From positions 21,452,001-21,516,000 of the forward strand of contig OZ024762.1 of assembly GCA_964016885.1 (NCBI GenBank): 64,000 nt of DNA. Reading direction: 5' to 3'. Position 1 is the first letter of the stretch; the number at the start of each line of letters is the position of its first letter. Source of the stretch: Eledone cirrhosa. Lineage: Eukaryota. Made by a program: the position numbers and the translations under genes. Under the pieces are notes generated by a model. That model saw only the letters and a list, made by a program, of their open reading frames with translations. It was not told the DNA's origin and made no database searches. Positions 1 to 13,945 of this stretch are shown here, piece after piece.

Positions 1-1230
1 CCCTCCGATAGCGTCGTCGGACGCTGGACGGAGGGCCCGGTGAAGTTGCTCGGGGTCTGGTTCGGACCGGACCTCCAGTTGGAGAAAAACTGGGCGGAGG
101 TTACGAACAGAGTGTTTGCACTGACCCAGAAGTGGGCCAGTTGCAAACTATCCCTGAAAGGTCGGGCGGAGGTGGCGAACACCTACATAGCGTCCGTCAT
201 CTACTACCGCCTGACCGTAGTGCCCTGCCCAAGGGAAACCCTCACCAAGATGGAGCGCGCGCTCTTCCAATTCCTTTGGAAGAGGCGGGCTCCTATGGTG
301 AGGAGATCCATCTGCTGTCAACACCCTTCGAAAGGAGGGCTGGGGATGCCGTGGCTAATGATGCGTAAACACGCATTAAGGCTACGGCACCTCTACGTAT
401 TCCTCACCGGACAACCGGTGTGGGCCTCGTTTGTGAGACGAACCTTTCCCAGACTCGTCTCACTCACCGAGCTGCAATCCTGGGTCAAGCAAAGACCGAG
501 AAAACTGGGCGCCTGGCACACTGAGTGTGCCCAGGCGCTCACCGCCCTCTGGCAGGCGGATCCGGTTATCAGTGGAGACTCCACCGCAACATTCTATAGA
601 GGGCTGGTACGCAGCAGGTGCGACGACGCCCTCGGAGAAGCCCTAGACATGGAGGAGGACGAACTGGCCAGCCTTTTCGGTAGGACATTTAGCCCGGGAC
701 CTATGGACAACTTCCAGAAGTCCCTGGCCTGGCAGTGCTACCGAGGGGCTTTACCCGTTCGAGAAAGGCTCTACAGACACGGGCGCCCGGGTAGGGACCC
801 CGCCAAAAAGATCTGTCCCAGATGCGTGTGCGACGAGGAAACCGTTGCACACGCATTAGTACACTGCTCGGGCGTAGCCGATCTGTGGGGCTATGTCGAA
901 CAACTGCTGTCAAGGGTGGGACCGATCCGGTTGACCACCGAGTCTATTGTAATGATCAAGCCGCCTCCCCCCTTCAAAGATGAAGCAGAGGCGGTGTTTC
1001 TGTGCGTAATAGCCATGGCGAAAGAGGTTGTATGGTGGACGCGTCTGAAAGGACTGAGGTCGGGCACCTTTCTCTCTGGCCAACAACTGGTCCGTTTCTT
1101 CCGATATCATTTCGGAAGAAGGATCAGGATGGAGAGAGAGGTGCTGCACCCCAGCCGTTTCTATGAAAGATGGGTGAAAGTGGCGAGAATGGCCCGTGTG
1201 AATGGGCCTTCACTCTACATCAGACTATAG
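1..1230 (+). CDS. 3' part of Tx1/L1-clade non-LTR retrotransposon ORF2 (end of RT region plus zf-RVT zinc-binding domain); open from window start
   Basis: Uninterrupted frame with KLLGVWF, LSLKGRAEVANTYIASVIYY, GGLGMP, and CPRC-x-EETVAHALVHC (CCHC); GC-rich relative to flanks. Confidence 0.92.
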   Translation, partial: PSDSVVGRWTEGPVKLLGVWFGPDLQLEKNWAEVTNRVFALTQKWASCKLSLKGRAEVANTYIASVIYYRLTVVPCPRETLTKMERALFQFLWKRRAPMVRRSICCQHPSKGGLGMPWLMMRKHALRLRHLYVFLTGQPVWASFVRRTFPRLVSLTELQSWVKQRPRKLGAWHTECAQALTALWQADPVISGDSTATFYRGLVRSRCDDALGEALDMEEDELASLFGRTFSPGPMDNFQKSLAWQCYRGALPVRERLYRHGRPGRDPAKKICPRCVCDEETVAHALVHCSGVADLWGYVEQLLSRVGPIRLTTESIVMIKPPPPFKDEAEAVFLCVIAMAKEVVWWTRLKGLRSGTFLSGQQLVRFFRYHFGRRIRMEREVLHPSRFYERWVKVARMARVNGPSLYIRL

Positions 1231-1500
1231 GTGAGGAAGATGAAAGACCAAGGGAGCACCCCTTCTCTGTGCTCCTGAGGAGAAGGGTTGCACACTTTTT
1301 TCGGGGGTGTGTGCGACCCCCCAAGGCGCCTCCTCTCTATTGAGGATTTTGTTAAAAATTTTATTTTTTGTTATATCTTATTTTATTTTTATATTTTGTT
1401 ATTGCCTTCTCCTTATTGAGGACGCCTTTTTGTGTAAACTCCCCCCTTTGTACTTGTCCCACTTTTGATGCCCTAGTGGCAAATAAAAGAAATATATCTA
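1..1500 (+). mobile_element. Tx1-type LINE 3' end including 3'UTR
   Basis: ORF2 stop at 1230; UTR ends ggcaaataaaagaaa and runs into (TATC)n; UTR homologues at 30650-30867 and 60397-60490. Confidence 0.88.
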
Positions 1501-1527
1501 TCTATCTATCTATCTCTGTCTCTGACT

Positions 1528-1558
<31 letters not shown>

Positions 1559-2033
1559 CACACACACACACATACACACACAGACACACACAGACACCCA
1601 CACACACAGTCAAACACCCACACCGGCTGTTGATAACAAACACTGTACGTTATCAATATATTAATTAAAATAATTATTAGTTTTTTATATTGACAGCAAT
1701 GTAAGTAAATCAATTGCCATTTATTTACTGCTGATGTATCTATTGAACCTACCGTTCTGTTACTTAGCGACATGATTGAATTAATTCATTATCTCTATAT
1801 ACACACACCTACACACACGCACACATATATATATATATATAGGTATATATATATATGTGTGTGTGTGTGAATATACTTACAGAGATATATATAGATATAT
1901 ATGCATATGTATGTACATACATATCTATATATATATATAGATGCATGTGTATATATATACATTTATATACATATATTTTATAAATATATATATAGGTATA
2001 TATATATGAACATATATATATATACTTATATAC

Positions 2034-2065
<32 letters not shown>

Positions 2066-2081
2066 GTATGTATGTACATAC

Positions 2082-2118
<37 letters not shown>

Positions 2119-2125
2119 TATATAT

Positions 2126-2289
2126 ATATTGTTATACTTTGGGAGGGTCATGTTGCCAATAAGAAACACACGCATCAGATGCTTTCACTTCAATTTATTA
2201 TATATTTATAAATTTATAAATTTACAAATCTACAAATCTACAAATGTGTTTCTTATTGGCAACATGACCCTCCCAAAGTATAACAATAT
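2126..2289. repeat. Perfect 45-bp inverted repeat (arms 2126-2170 and 2245-2289)
   Basis: atattgttatactttgggagggtcatgttgccaataagaaacaca and its exact reverse complement, flanked by (TA)n. Confidence 0.9.
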
Positions 2290-2500
2290 CGGTTTCAACA
2301 CACGATTTCAGATAGAGAATCTTGCTAAACAAATTCAGAAACGATATATATATATACATATATATATACTTACATAAATATATATACATTTATATACATA
2401 TATATGTACACACATATGTATATACAATGCAGATAATTCGGGTGTTTATCCGAGAAGGTTACGTTGTAACGGGCACCCCCCCCCCCCCTCCCAAACACAC

Positions 2501-2643
<143 letters not shown>

Positions 2644-3234
2644 TATATTTATATATAGATATATATAATATTTATTTACATATATATATATTACCTATAA
2701 TGCCCTATATAAAATGCCCGCAGTATGGCACACGTCCCCTACACCGTCACACCTGTACATATCTCGGTGTATTAATTAACTTCTTTACCTGAGGGCACAG
2801 AGTGGCAAAATCATTGGCACGTTGGAGCGATTGCTATTGCTTTGTGTTAGTTCCGGCTTTCTCCTCTCTATGAGTTCAAATCTCGCTGCGGTTAACGTTT
2901 TCTTTTACTCTTTGTGTTGGTGGTGGTGGTGGTGGTGGTGGTGGTGGTGGTGGTGGTGGTGGTGGGGTGGTCTATGAAATGGTACCAGTTCTCTCTTGGG
3001 GGAGTAGAGGTTGGGGACGTTTCCTTCATTGTCTATCTCTCATCTCTTTCTCTCTCTCTCTCTCTCTCTCTTGCATACCAACAACGATATTAACTCAGCA
3101 TCAACAGAGCCCTCAACACCAACACCACCATCACCAACGCCACCACCTCCACAGTACACAACAGTACCAAGACAGCCCCCTCCACCCCCAACCACCACCA
3201 ACGGAACGTCCTCCATTAACAGCACCGAGAAAAA

Positions 3235-3307
<73 letters not shown>

Positions 3308-3320
3308 ATCTATCTGTTCA

Positions 3321-3409
<89 letters not shown>

Positions 3410-3732
3410 TTATTTATATATATATATTTATTTATTTATATATATATATATAGATGTATATATGTGTACATATATATATGTGTGTATATATGTGTATATA
3501 TATACATATATATATATGCATATATATATATATATATATAATTCATCATGGAATCTATCGATATTTTCTTTATCAAACTGTGTATATTTACTATGAACTG
3601 ATTGGATTAAGTGTACTTACTCTTATACATATAGAGAGATTTACATTCGTGCGTGTGCACTAACATATGCCGGCATGTATACATCTATACATTTATCTCT
3701 CTATATATATGTGTGTGTGTGTGTGTTTGCAA

Positions 3733-3815
<83 letters not shown>

Positions 3816-3820
3816 TATTC

Positions 3821-3853
<33 letters not shown>

Positions 3854-4020
3854 ATATTTAGAAACACACAGATACATGCGGACACACACATATACATGAA
3901 TGCATCCACATCCAACCGTGAGTTAATGGTGCCAACCTCACCGATGTTGCTCAATGAATGACTGGGACAGACCAATCCGGTTGAACCAGACTGAACCAGT
4001 ATCAGAGTTAAAAATACATA

Positions 4021-4076
<56 letters not shown>

Positions 4077-4113
4077 GTGTGTGGGCGCCATTTATATATG
4101 CACGTGTGTGGGC

Positions 4114-4147
<34 letters not shown>

Positions 4148-4430
4148 TATACATATTCATCCATACATATTCATGCATACATATATTCACACACGCATAT
4201 ATGTATATATATCGTATTCATACATACACACATGTTCTTGTTTATTCAGTGTTAGAGACGTGCTTGATACAACACTCTGGTCAAAGTATGTTACGTGTGT
4301 TTGTGTATATAAAAACGTTTGTGTATATAAATACATTTGTATGAAGTAGTTGTGAGTATCAGTAATTCTGTGTAGAAATAATAATGCCTGTATGGGAGCT
4401 TGTGTGCATTTAAGTGATTGTCTATATGTG

Positions 4431-4466
<36 letters not shown>

Positions 4467-4724
4467 TATGTATATATAAGTATATATATATGTATATATA
4501 TGTATATATATGTAAATATATATGTATATATAACTAGTTATGTGTATATAAGTGATTGAGATTAAATAATTGATTGTGTGCATATAAATAATTCTCTGTA
4601 TCAAGTAGCTGTGTGTATATAAATACTCGAAAATATGATAGCTGTGTATATATATATATATATGTGTTTCTATGTCTTTTTCTTTTTCTTTTTCTTTTTC
4701 TTTTCTTATATAAATAATAAAAAT

Positions 4725-4815
4725 CTTTACACAAACAAAACCCACATCGTGCCGTCCTGTACCGTCTGTAATGTGTTTCTTGATGTCAGCCCTTGTGACC
4801 AATAAATAGAAATCA
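4725..4815 (+). mobile_element. Tx1-like LINE 3'UTR fragment
   Basis: Ends cccttgtgaccaataaatagaaatc, resembling the 3' end of the minus-strand Tx1 relic at 6402-6971. Confidence 0.5.
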
Positions 4816-5259
4816 TCAATATTTGGGGTCGATAAAATAAAGTACCAGTAATGTACTGGGATAATTGCTGGCTTGTGCCTAAAGTAGAAACAATTATTAT
4901 TATTATTCATTATCATTATTGCTTTCACACAGTTAGTGGTTGATGATTAATATTTTTCATTTGATTTTGTAATGACGTTTCATATAGAGTCCTTATTAGT
5001 AGCCCTTTGTGTTTAGATTGTAACAATGGCGTTCCTAAATCAATTAACGGTTAGACACCTCTGTTTTATCTTTTGAATTGCGCTAACATAGCTGACAAAT
5101 ATTTCGTATTTTGTATTTTACTTTTTCTTTAGTATTCAACAAGGGAACGTATAAATGGTGTCGCAACTGCTATAAAAATCACCTTTGACAGATTTAAAAC
5201 TGGTTAAATGTTAATTTTACCTTACTTTCATAATTCATTACAGGAGTTTTATACAGTTC

Positions 5260-5459
5260 NNNNNNNNNNNNNNNNNNNNNNNNNNNNNNNNNNNNNNNNN
5301 NNNNNNNNNNNNNNNNNNNNNNNNNNNNNNNNNNNNNNNNNNNNNNNNNNNNNNNNNNNNNNNNNNNNNNNNNNNNNNNNNNNNNNNNNNNNNNNNNNNN
5401 NNNNNNNNNNNNNNNNNNNNNNNNNNNNNNNNNNNNNNNNNNNNNNNNNNNNNNNNNNN
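5260..5459. other. Assembly gap (200 N)
   Basis: Run of N. Confidence 1.
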
Positions 5460-5954
5460 CATTGTCACAGGGAAGTTGATTATTTCTACAGATCATTTAT
5501 CATTAATGTGTATATAATAATGATAACAACAACAACAACAACAGTAATAATAATAATGATGATGATTTCGGCTCAAAGCCAACAGGTTCACGGGGAAGGA
5601 AAGTCGATTATATTAACCCCGTTACTTTACTAGCACTTTATTTCATCGACCTCTTAAAGGTGAAAGGCAAAGCTAACTTCTCCGAAGAAGAAAGTACCAG
5701 CCCTCAACCCTTTCAATCGCGTACACCATAGCAGGGCCGGATTTAATGAGGGAAAGGGGGCATTTGCTTCGAGCCCTCTGCAGTGGAGGCTCCACCAGTG
5801 ATTGTCATAATCATTTATATGTGTCCTTAGCTGAGCTTTTTAGCTTTAGTATGGCTGGATATTTTTAATTTAATTTATTACTAAATTCCCTCAAAATTTT
5901 TATTTTCAAAATTATTTGAAAATCACATGATGTGTCTTCCATAAGAAAAAAGCT

Positions 5955-6255
5955 GGCGACACCTGACTTTAAGAAAGATATATGCCGGCCTCCCACGCAT
6001 ATCTGTCGTACGTAAAAGGAGAGTAAGATTTGCTGGCCACTGCCATCGTGCCACCCACGAGGCTGTATCCTCATTAGTGCTTTGGAAACCACAAGCAATC
6101 ACTAACAGCAGGGGGCGAAAGCTCTCCTATCCCGATGTCATCTCCAGAGATTCTGGTATTGAAATCTAGGATTTAGCAGCGGCAATGAACGACAGACCCA
6201 CGTGGAGATCAATTGTTGAGTCGATTTCGGCTGAGGCTGCCGGATGCTGGTGATG
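5955..6255 (+). pseudogene. RTE-X-type LINE ORF C-terminal relic (5'-truncated)
   Basis: Manual translation VRKRRVRFAGHCHRATHEAVSSLVLWKPQ..RGRKLSYPDVISRDSGIEI*DLAAAMNDRPTWRSIV; one in-frame stop; same motif layout as ORF 62708-63148. Confidence 0.85.
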
Positions 6256-6401
6256 ACGAGAAATATGGTAATGAAACGGTTAACAATGAGAAAGTTGTTT
6301 ACGAATTCCGTTAATTTCTTGACACTTTTCAAAATTAGTGTGTACACCTACGTAATGAATTCTATTAGCTATATAGTACCGATAGGGTTAATAATGATTT
6401 C

Positions 6402-6971
6402 TTTATTGTGATTTCTTTATTAACCACAAGGGTTTACATAAAGTAGACATTAAGGACAGTGCAAGACAATGCAGGACGTACAAATGGCATTTCTGCGTGT
6501 AAAAAACAAAAACAGAGGATGTAACAAAAATAACAATGAAAATAACAATGAAAAATTCCCCAATAGGGGGGAGACTTCGGAGGGACATTTGTGGAGAAAG
6601 CCCAGTAAAAAGCCACAATGACCCTGACCACCAAGGCAAGTGCCCTCTCCCAGTTTTCCACCTTTAATTTACAGATATATACTCAGAGTAGGCCCATTCA
6701 CTCGGGCCATTCTTGCTTCTCTCACCCATCTTTCAACAAAATGCTGGGAAGAGAACACTTCCCTCTCTACTCTGATTTTCCTTTTCAATGAAATTTGAAA
6801 AAGTCAATCAGAGCATCACCGAAGAGGTAAGTGCTCGTCTTCAGCCCTTTCAAACGTGTCCACCATACTATCTCTTTCGCCATGGCCACCAGACAGATAA
6901 AAACTGCCTGCCTTCCCGGCTAAAGGAGGAGGGCGGGGCAATCCATCGTGAGGATTGCCCCGCCCTCCTCC
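6402..6971 (-). mobile_element. 5'-truncated Tx1-type LINE relic with terminal fold-back
   Basis: Minus strand gives AVFICLVAMAKEIVWWTRLKGL...VERWVREARMARVNGPTLSIYL*, homologous to the end of ORF 40-1230, with frameshifts; 20-bp inverted repeat 6925-6944/6952-6971 at the truncation point. Confidence 0.88.
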
Positions 6972-7089
6972 CGATAGGGTTAATAATGAGAAATTTGTAT
7001 TTCGAAATGTCCTTAAAGTCTTAATTATTTTCAAAATAATTAAAAAGTGAGGCAATGATTTTCAGTAGAAATATGGTACCGATAGGATT

Positions 7090-7250
7090 ATAGGTGACGA
7101 ATTGGCAGAATCACCAGAACGTCGGATATAATGCTTTATGGTATTCGTTCCTGTACTCTGCTCTGTGAGTTCAAATCCTGTCGACGTCAACTTTACCTTT
7201 CATCCTTTCGAAGTAGATAAAAAAAATGTACCAATCTAGTACAGAGGTCG
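7090..7250 (+). mobile_element. tRNA-derived SINE family 1 (Octopus OK-like), diverged
   Basis: A-box-like tggcagaatc, B box gagttcaaatcc, body ctttacctttcatcctttcg. Confidence 0.75.
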
Positions 7251-7449
7251 CTGCTTCCTTCTTCCTCTATATCCCTTTCTAATTTTCTCTTTCTCACTTT
7301 CTATCTTTCACTGGAAAAGTTTGCTGTACTCAGGCCTGGAGATGGATGAGCTCCGTCAGGCTTAAAATACCCAAGAAACGCCGCATGTCAGTACGGCGCT
7401 CTCACGACTCCAGCAGGAGTTACGGGACCATACATACCGATAGGGTTAA

Positions 7450-7868
7450 TAATTGCTTCTACTTTTGGCACACGGCCAGCAATTACCCAGTGTATTACTG
7501 GTACTTTATTTTATCGACCCCGTAAGAATGAAAGGCAAAGTTAACCTTCAGTGGGATTTGAACTCAGTTTGTAAAGGGACGTAACTCTATGTTGGAAAGC
7601 ATGACGCCCGACCCGCCACCGATACTGCCAATCCACTGGGTTAATAATGATTTCTAGTATAAGCACAAGGCCAGTAATTTTTGGGGGGAGGGAAAAGTCG
7701 ATTAAATCGACCCCAGTGCGTTACTGGTGCTATATTTTATCCACCCCGTAAGGATGAAAGGCAAAGTTAACCTCGGCAGGATTTGAACTCAGATCATAAA
7801 GGGCCGTAACTCTATGCTGCAAAGCATGGCGTCCGGCCCTCCACCGATACTGCCAATCTACCGGGTTA
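7450..7868 (-). mobile_element. Two tandem SINE family 1 copies
   Basis: Each has ttactggtac..atcgaccccgtaaggatgaaaggcaaagttaacctc..ggatttgaactcag..gatactgccaatc. Confidence 0.88.
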
Positions 7869-8362
7869 ATCATGAAAAAGGTGTATTACGAAATCCTCTT
7901 AAATTTTTGATTATTTTCGAAACGATTTAAACAGAGAGGCAACGATCTCCATTAGCAATATGGTACCGAGAGGGTTAAAATGAAACACAGATGAAGATGA
8001 AACGAAATTGAATCCCAGTTCGCCGGTATTAATAATATAAAACCAAATCTCAGTAAACATGTTAAATCAATAACAGTGACAAGATATTCTAACATTTTTA
8101 GATATTCTAACGTTTTGAGATAGATGTAACAAACTGGAAATAAATTTCCAATTAATTAGATGATGAAAATTAACAAACCATAGAAAATAAGTAATTAATT
8201 TCGTTAATGCCATTATAACACTAACCATGTTCTTCTACTAAAGTCAGACTTATCAATTAATTACACATTCTCAATTAATTACAACCAAAACCTGAATTCT
8301 CACAACATACAAAAATAATGTTGAATAACTAGGAAAAGAAATATGTATGCGTATTTTGTGTG

Positions 8363-8402
<40 letters not shown>

Positions 8403-8618
8403 CATACAGATGTGAGAAAAACCACAGACCCTCCATCTCAACTCTACTTTTGAAAAGCAGAAGAACTGCGAAACCGGTAAAGGAACCAAATAAATATATA
8501 TATATTTTTAAAATAAGACTCCAGTTGCATTTTCGATTTCATCTTTTTTACTTTATACTTTCACTCGTGTAGGACACCTCGGTTATTTTTCATTTTGTAA
8601 AAAAACCCTCATTATTTA

Positions 8619-8653
<35 letters not shown>

Positions 8654-8830
8654 ATATACATACATATATAAATATATAAGTGTGTGTGTGTTCGTGTGTG
8701 TGAGTCTGCTTGTGAGTGTGTAGACATATACCAGTGTATATATGTATGTATATATGTAAATATATGTAAATATATATATATATATACATATATACAGCGG
8801 TAGTTTTACATGTTTCCAACTACACACACG

Positions 8831-8862
<32 letters not shown>

Positions 8863-8867
8863 TATAG

Positions 8868-9083
<216 letters not shown>

Positions 9084-9447
9084 CGAGATAATTTGATTTA
9101 GTAGAAGGGTGTGACATTATTCAGTACACGCAGCTGCAGCTGTGAATGTTTTGTTTTTCTTTAGTAGAATATCAATCAATCACTTTCGTTCGATCTCTAG
9201 TTAAAACGACTGTCAGCTGGCTTGGTTGACATTGAAGAACAACTGTTTCACAATTCCTGTTCGATGGCGATACGAATGGCTGATTATTTGTACGCACACA
9301 CACACATACACACACACATATTCACACACACATACATGCATATGTATATGTGTGTGCGCGTGCATGTTTGTGTGTTTACATATATGCCTATACACTCAAC
9401 ACTCACTCACTCACGTACACACGCACGCACACACACACTCATATATA

Positions 9448-9575
9448 TAGGAAAATGTTCAACCCCGACGGCAGGGCTCAAGCCGTTTCGACGGTTATTT
9501 CTGGACTATTTCTGGATATATATTTAGGTTTATCCCGGGTTCAATCGGGGGCAACCACAGTCGGTAAGGTACTCG
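9448..9575 (-). mobile_element. Partial half-hammerhead family B copy followed by the 3' end of hammerhead family A
   Basis: ccccgacggcagggctcaagccgtttcgacgg, then ttatcccgggttcaatcggggg..ccacag..ggtactc, matching 61740-61780. Confidence 0.7.
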
Positions 9576-9694
9576 CAAATCTAGATTTTGGTTTAAGTTT
9601 AATATGTTGAATTGCTTCTCTGATTTGCTACTTTTACCTTTTAATTGAGATGGCTTATAATATTCAAGACAAAATCTTTGCTATATATGTGTAG

Positions 9695-9786
<92 letters not shown>

Positions 9787-9986
9787 GATTATGTTAGGAA
9801 AAACAGATATAAAGCGTGTTTAAAAAACTAATTATATATTTTAAAAAACTAATTATATATTCTAACGCATGTTTCATTATCGAATTAAGCTACAAGGCCT
9901 ACAAGAGGTGTTTAAAGATATAACTGCTCCAATCACTCCCTCAAATTACATGGTTACTCAATGACTCCTGTTTGTTTATATAAATA

Positions 9987-10073
<87 letters not shown>

Positions 10074-10237
10074 TTATATACTATTAAAGAAGCTTATCCG
10101 ATGATATAACCAATGAAGTAAATAGGACTAGACGTATAAAAGTGATTTTTAAATGAAATAATATGAAGTAAGATCTATATGTGCATTGAGAATTTTTCTA
10201 AAATTGTGGTCCACTGTCATTATATATATATATGTGA

Positions 10238-10277
<40 letters not shown>

Positions 10278-10575
10278 CATAGATATATTATTACTGATTG
10301 AAATAGAAGTGATATAAAGTATTGATATCGGAAATGTTTCTTGCAATTATTTATCTTCGGTAAAACGTTAAAGGAGAAGAAAAAAGATTAAATGTAAAAA
10401 AAAAACAAAAAAAACAAGATGGAAGACGTATATCGTTTCATTGTTTCACCATGGAAGGTGTAAGAAAGATATGAAAAGACATCAACTAAACCAATTACCA
10501 TCCATTCATAGAGTTAGTACACCTCTAACGTGTGTAAGGGGAAAATGATAACTATATCATATTATGTTTGATATC

Positions 10576-10622
<47 letters not shown>

Positions 10623-10652
10623 GTGTGTGTAGATATATATATATATACATAC

Positions 10653-10686
<34 letters not shown>

Positions 10687-10735
10687 TAATAATATGTATA
10701 TAAATATTTATATATATATATACACACACACATTT

Positions 10736-10834
<99 letters not shown>

Positions 10835-11136
10835 ATTTATATATATGTATATATCCATATATAATATAACTATACAAGAAACATCCGGTTTGTTGTAAAA
10901 TGGTAGAAGATTCAGTTCCGATTCTATGACAATAGACGATCATCAATTACTTATTGTAACAGAAAATATAACGGTCCACGACTGCTTTTATGGTTGATTA
11001 GGAATATGATTGATTGTCAATGTGTATGAGATGTGTATGTGCAAGCCCGTGTGTTCGTGTGCGTATACATATATATATATATGTGTGTGTGAGTCTGTGT
11101 TTGTGTGTGTGTGTGTGTGTGTGACTGCTTGTGTGA

Positions 11137-11212
<76 letters not shown>

Positions 11213-11213
<1 letters not shown>

Positions 11214-11398
11214 ACGAAGGAAATGTGGTAAGGAACCAGGTGGACCATAACGCACCAAAGTACTCAATACTTAGGGTAGTAGAGTGGGTAATAGGAACAA
11301 GTAAGACCCCGACGGCTGAGCTCAAGCCGTTTCGACGGCTAATTCTGGGAATTAGCCGTTGAAACGGCTTGAGCTCAGCCGTCGGGGTCTTACTTGTT

Positions 11399-11403
<5 letters not shown>
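11213..11403 (-). mobile_element. Family B short element with fold-back palindrome (putative Penelope-like pLTR remnant)
   Basis: ~135-bp unit plus ~55-bp inverted copy (palindrome 11291-11403), flanked by (TA)n on both sides. Confidence 0.8.
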
Positions 11404-11437
<34 letters not shown>

Positions 11438-12931
11438 TCCTATTGTAGGTCGACTTTGCGCTTGCCCACAGTCAAAGCTTCGATTTAACTAAGCTTCCAC
11501 TTTTATATATATATATATATATATAGTAGAATAATCGAGTATCGAAAAATCGGCGCACGAGTTCACGATAAACAAAATTCAATATGAGCGGCAGAGGGCT
11601 CCATAATTTAGATAAATCAGAGCTATAACTATACTCACCACACCACACACAGGCACTCCCACCCACACACCACACCATACACCACACACCACACCACACA
11701 CACGCACTCGCACACATTCACTGACACACACCATACACACGCACGCACGAAATAACACACATGCACACGCACTCACACCATAGCCACACCACATCCACAC
11801 CAGCTGCACACGCATACACACCACACCAGACCACACACACGCACACACCACGGCACACACACGCACTCACACACACACCACATCATACACCACACACCAC
11901 ACCACACACACGCACTCACACACACACCACATACACAGCACACCACACAGACGCACACACACACCTCACCATATCACATACATGCACTCACACACACAGA
12001 GGAAATGGTTAGTTAAATCCCGTTATTTTCTTAACTTCCATTCCTTTGTAACAAAAGTCGGCAGAACGAGGATGAAACCAGATGTTTCAATGCAAAGGTC
12101 ACAACCGTTCAGTGAAAACGCGGTATTTACTTATCATCTATTCCTCTGTGCTATGAGCGGCGTCTGAAGCCTAGCTGTAGGCAGCTTAGCTACACTGGCA
12201 TAACAGATACAAGAAGATATATTAGAACTGATGCAACCTCAGATTTGTCAAACAGTGTTAAATATAAATCAACACTGATGTCTTATTGGTTTGCTTTGCT
12301 TGTTCTGTCTAATCTTTCTAAATCTATCGTTCGCTTAAGTTTTATCACCTCTACGTAGCTTAAAGCTAGTTATTACAGTTCTTACACTAACTTTCTCTTC
12401 CATTGTTATAGGTTTACCCAAATTACTACACTATTTCAAAACTATTTTCTTATATATCTTTTTCATCAGGATGCCTTCAGCACATGGCAGTTTCCCAACG
12501 TGATATTTTCTTTATCGTTATCATCAATATCATTATCGTTATCATAACCACCACCACCAACACCATCGCTACCAATGTCTGATCACTATCAGTATCAATA
12601 CCATTATCACCTCCACTGCTATTATCGTCACTACCATCCTCACCATTATGTCTCCCATTAACGTTACCATAGCACTACTAACATTACCATAACCATCACC
12701 ACCACCACCACCACCATCATCTCTACCATTGAATCATCACTATTATTGTCATTACCATCATCATCATCACTACCACCATCATCATCACTACCATACCATC
12801 GTCATCACCACCACCATCATCATCACTATCATTACCATCACCTCCGAGTCCAACTTTCGAGGTCGATCAATATAGTACCAGTTCAATAACAGAGCAGATC
12901 ATTCTTCATTCTCGCTTTCTCCACACAAACA

Positions 12932-13008
<77 letters not shown>

Positions 13009-13805
13009 TCTCTCTCTCACCCTCTCTCTCTCCCTCTCTCTATATATATATATCTGTCTCTAACTCTTTCTCCCTCCCCCTCTCTCTGTAGGAAATTAGT
13101 TGTGTTCAAACCTAGAGTGGGATGGGCTTTGCCAAGTTTGATTGCTTTAGACATGCCGTATGTAATGAAGGCGCCCCTACGACTCCAATAGCACTTGCGC
13201 TTCGGCCATGTCATATTTTTATAACTACACGTGTACTATAAACTCAAACTATACGCACGCACATGTATCCACACACTTCATCCATCAATAGCTCTTGTGG
13301 AACGTTGCTTTCAATTTGTGTTTCAGAATGTTTTATCGTATTACGTACAAAATTTGTCGACGCCAAATTGGATGCCTTTGTAGCATCAATAGGTTTATCT
13401 TGTCAATCGCAATTGTAGCAGCCGAAATAATGTATTAGCCTGTACAATATATAGAATAGAGAACATGTCTGTGTTTATTGTAGAATAATACCGTCTTTAT
13501 CAACAATTTATTATACATTTTGCCTATAAATTTCGTTGAATTGATATTTTCTTGTCTGAACGATTAAGGATTTCTGTTTGCGTACACGTGGTTTTGAGAT
13601 CAGTTCTACTACGTGGAACTCTGATAGAAGTTATTTTACTACATCTTAATGTCAGCTGATGCGTTGTGAGGGAAATTTGGTAGACGGAAACTGTGTGAAA
13701 GTCCGTTGTTATTATATAAGTGCGACATCGACAAAGTCCACTCATATATTTCATCTCTCTCTCTCTCTCTATCTCTCTTTCTCTCTCTCTCTATATATAT
13801 ATATA

Positions 13806-13945
13806 GCAATGAAGGTGTGGTAAGATACCAGGTGGACCATAACGCGCCAGAGTACTCGATACTTAGGGTAGTAGAGTGGGTAATATAAAAAGAGTCAGGA
13901 CCCCGACGGCTGAGCTCCGGCTGATTCGACAGCTAGATCCGAACT
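13806..13945 (-). mobile_element. Family B copy (diverged, no inversion)
   Basis: ggtggaccataacgcgccagagtactcgatacttagggtagtagagtggg..gaccccgacggctgagctc. Confidence 0.8.

Larger units (their letters stand above)
6370..7978. mobile_element. Cluster of piggyBac-like/TTAA-ended non-autonomous element termini
   Basis: Recurrent (atatgg)taccgatagggttaa at ~6374-6390, ~6970-6983, ~7072-7090, ~7436-7449, ~7958-7978; two are preceded by a shared ~90-bp subterminal sequence (7000-7090, 7887-7978). Confidence 0.5.

Noticed and set aside
8458-8490. CAGAAGA actgc GAAA ccgg TA
   Set aside because: Core mismatch and no stem I; suggestive only
12420-12476. Minus-strand CTGATGA..GAAA
   Set aside because: No stem III/NUH or stem I could be formed
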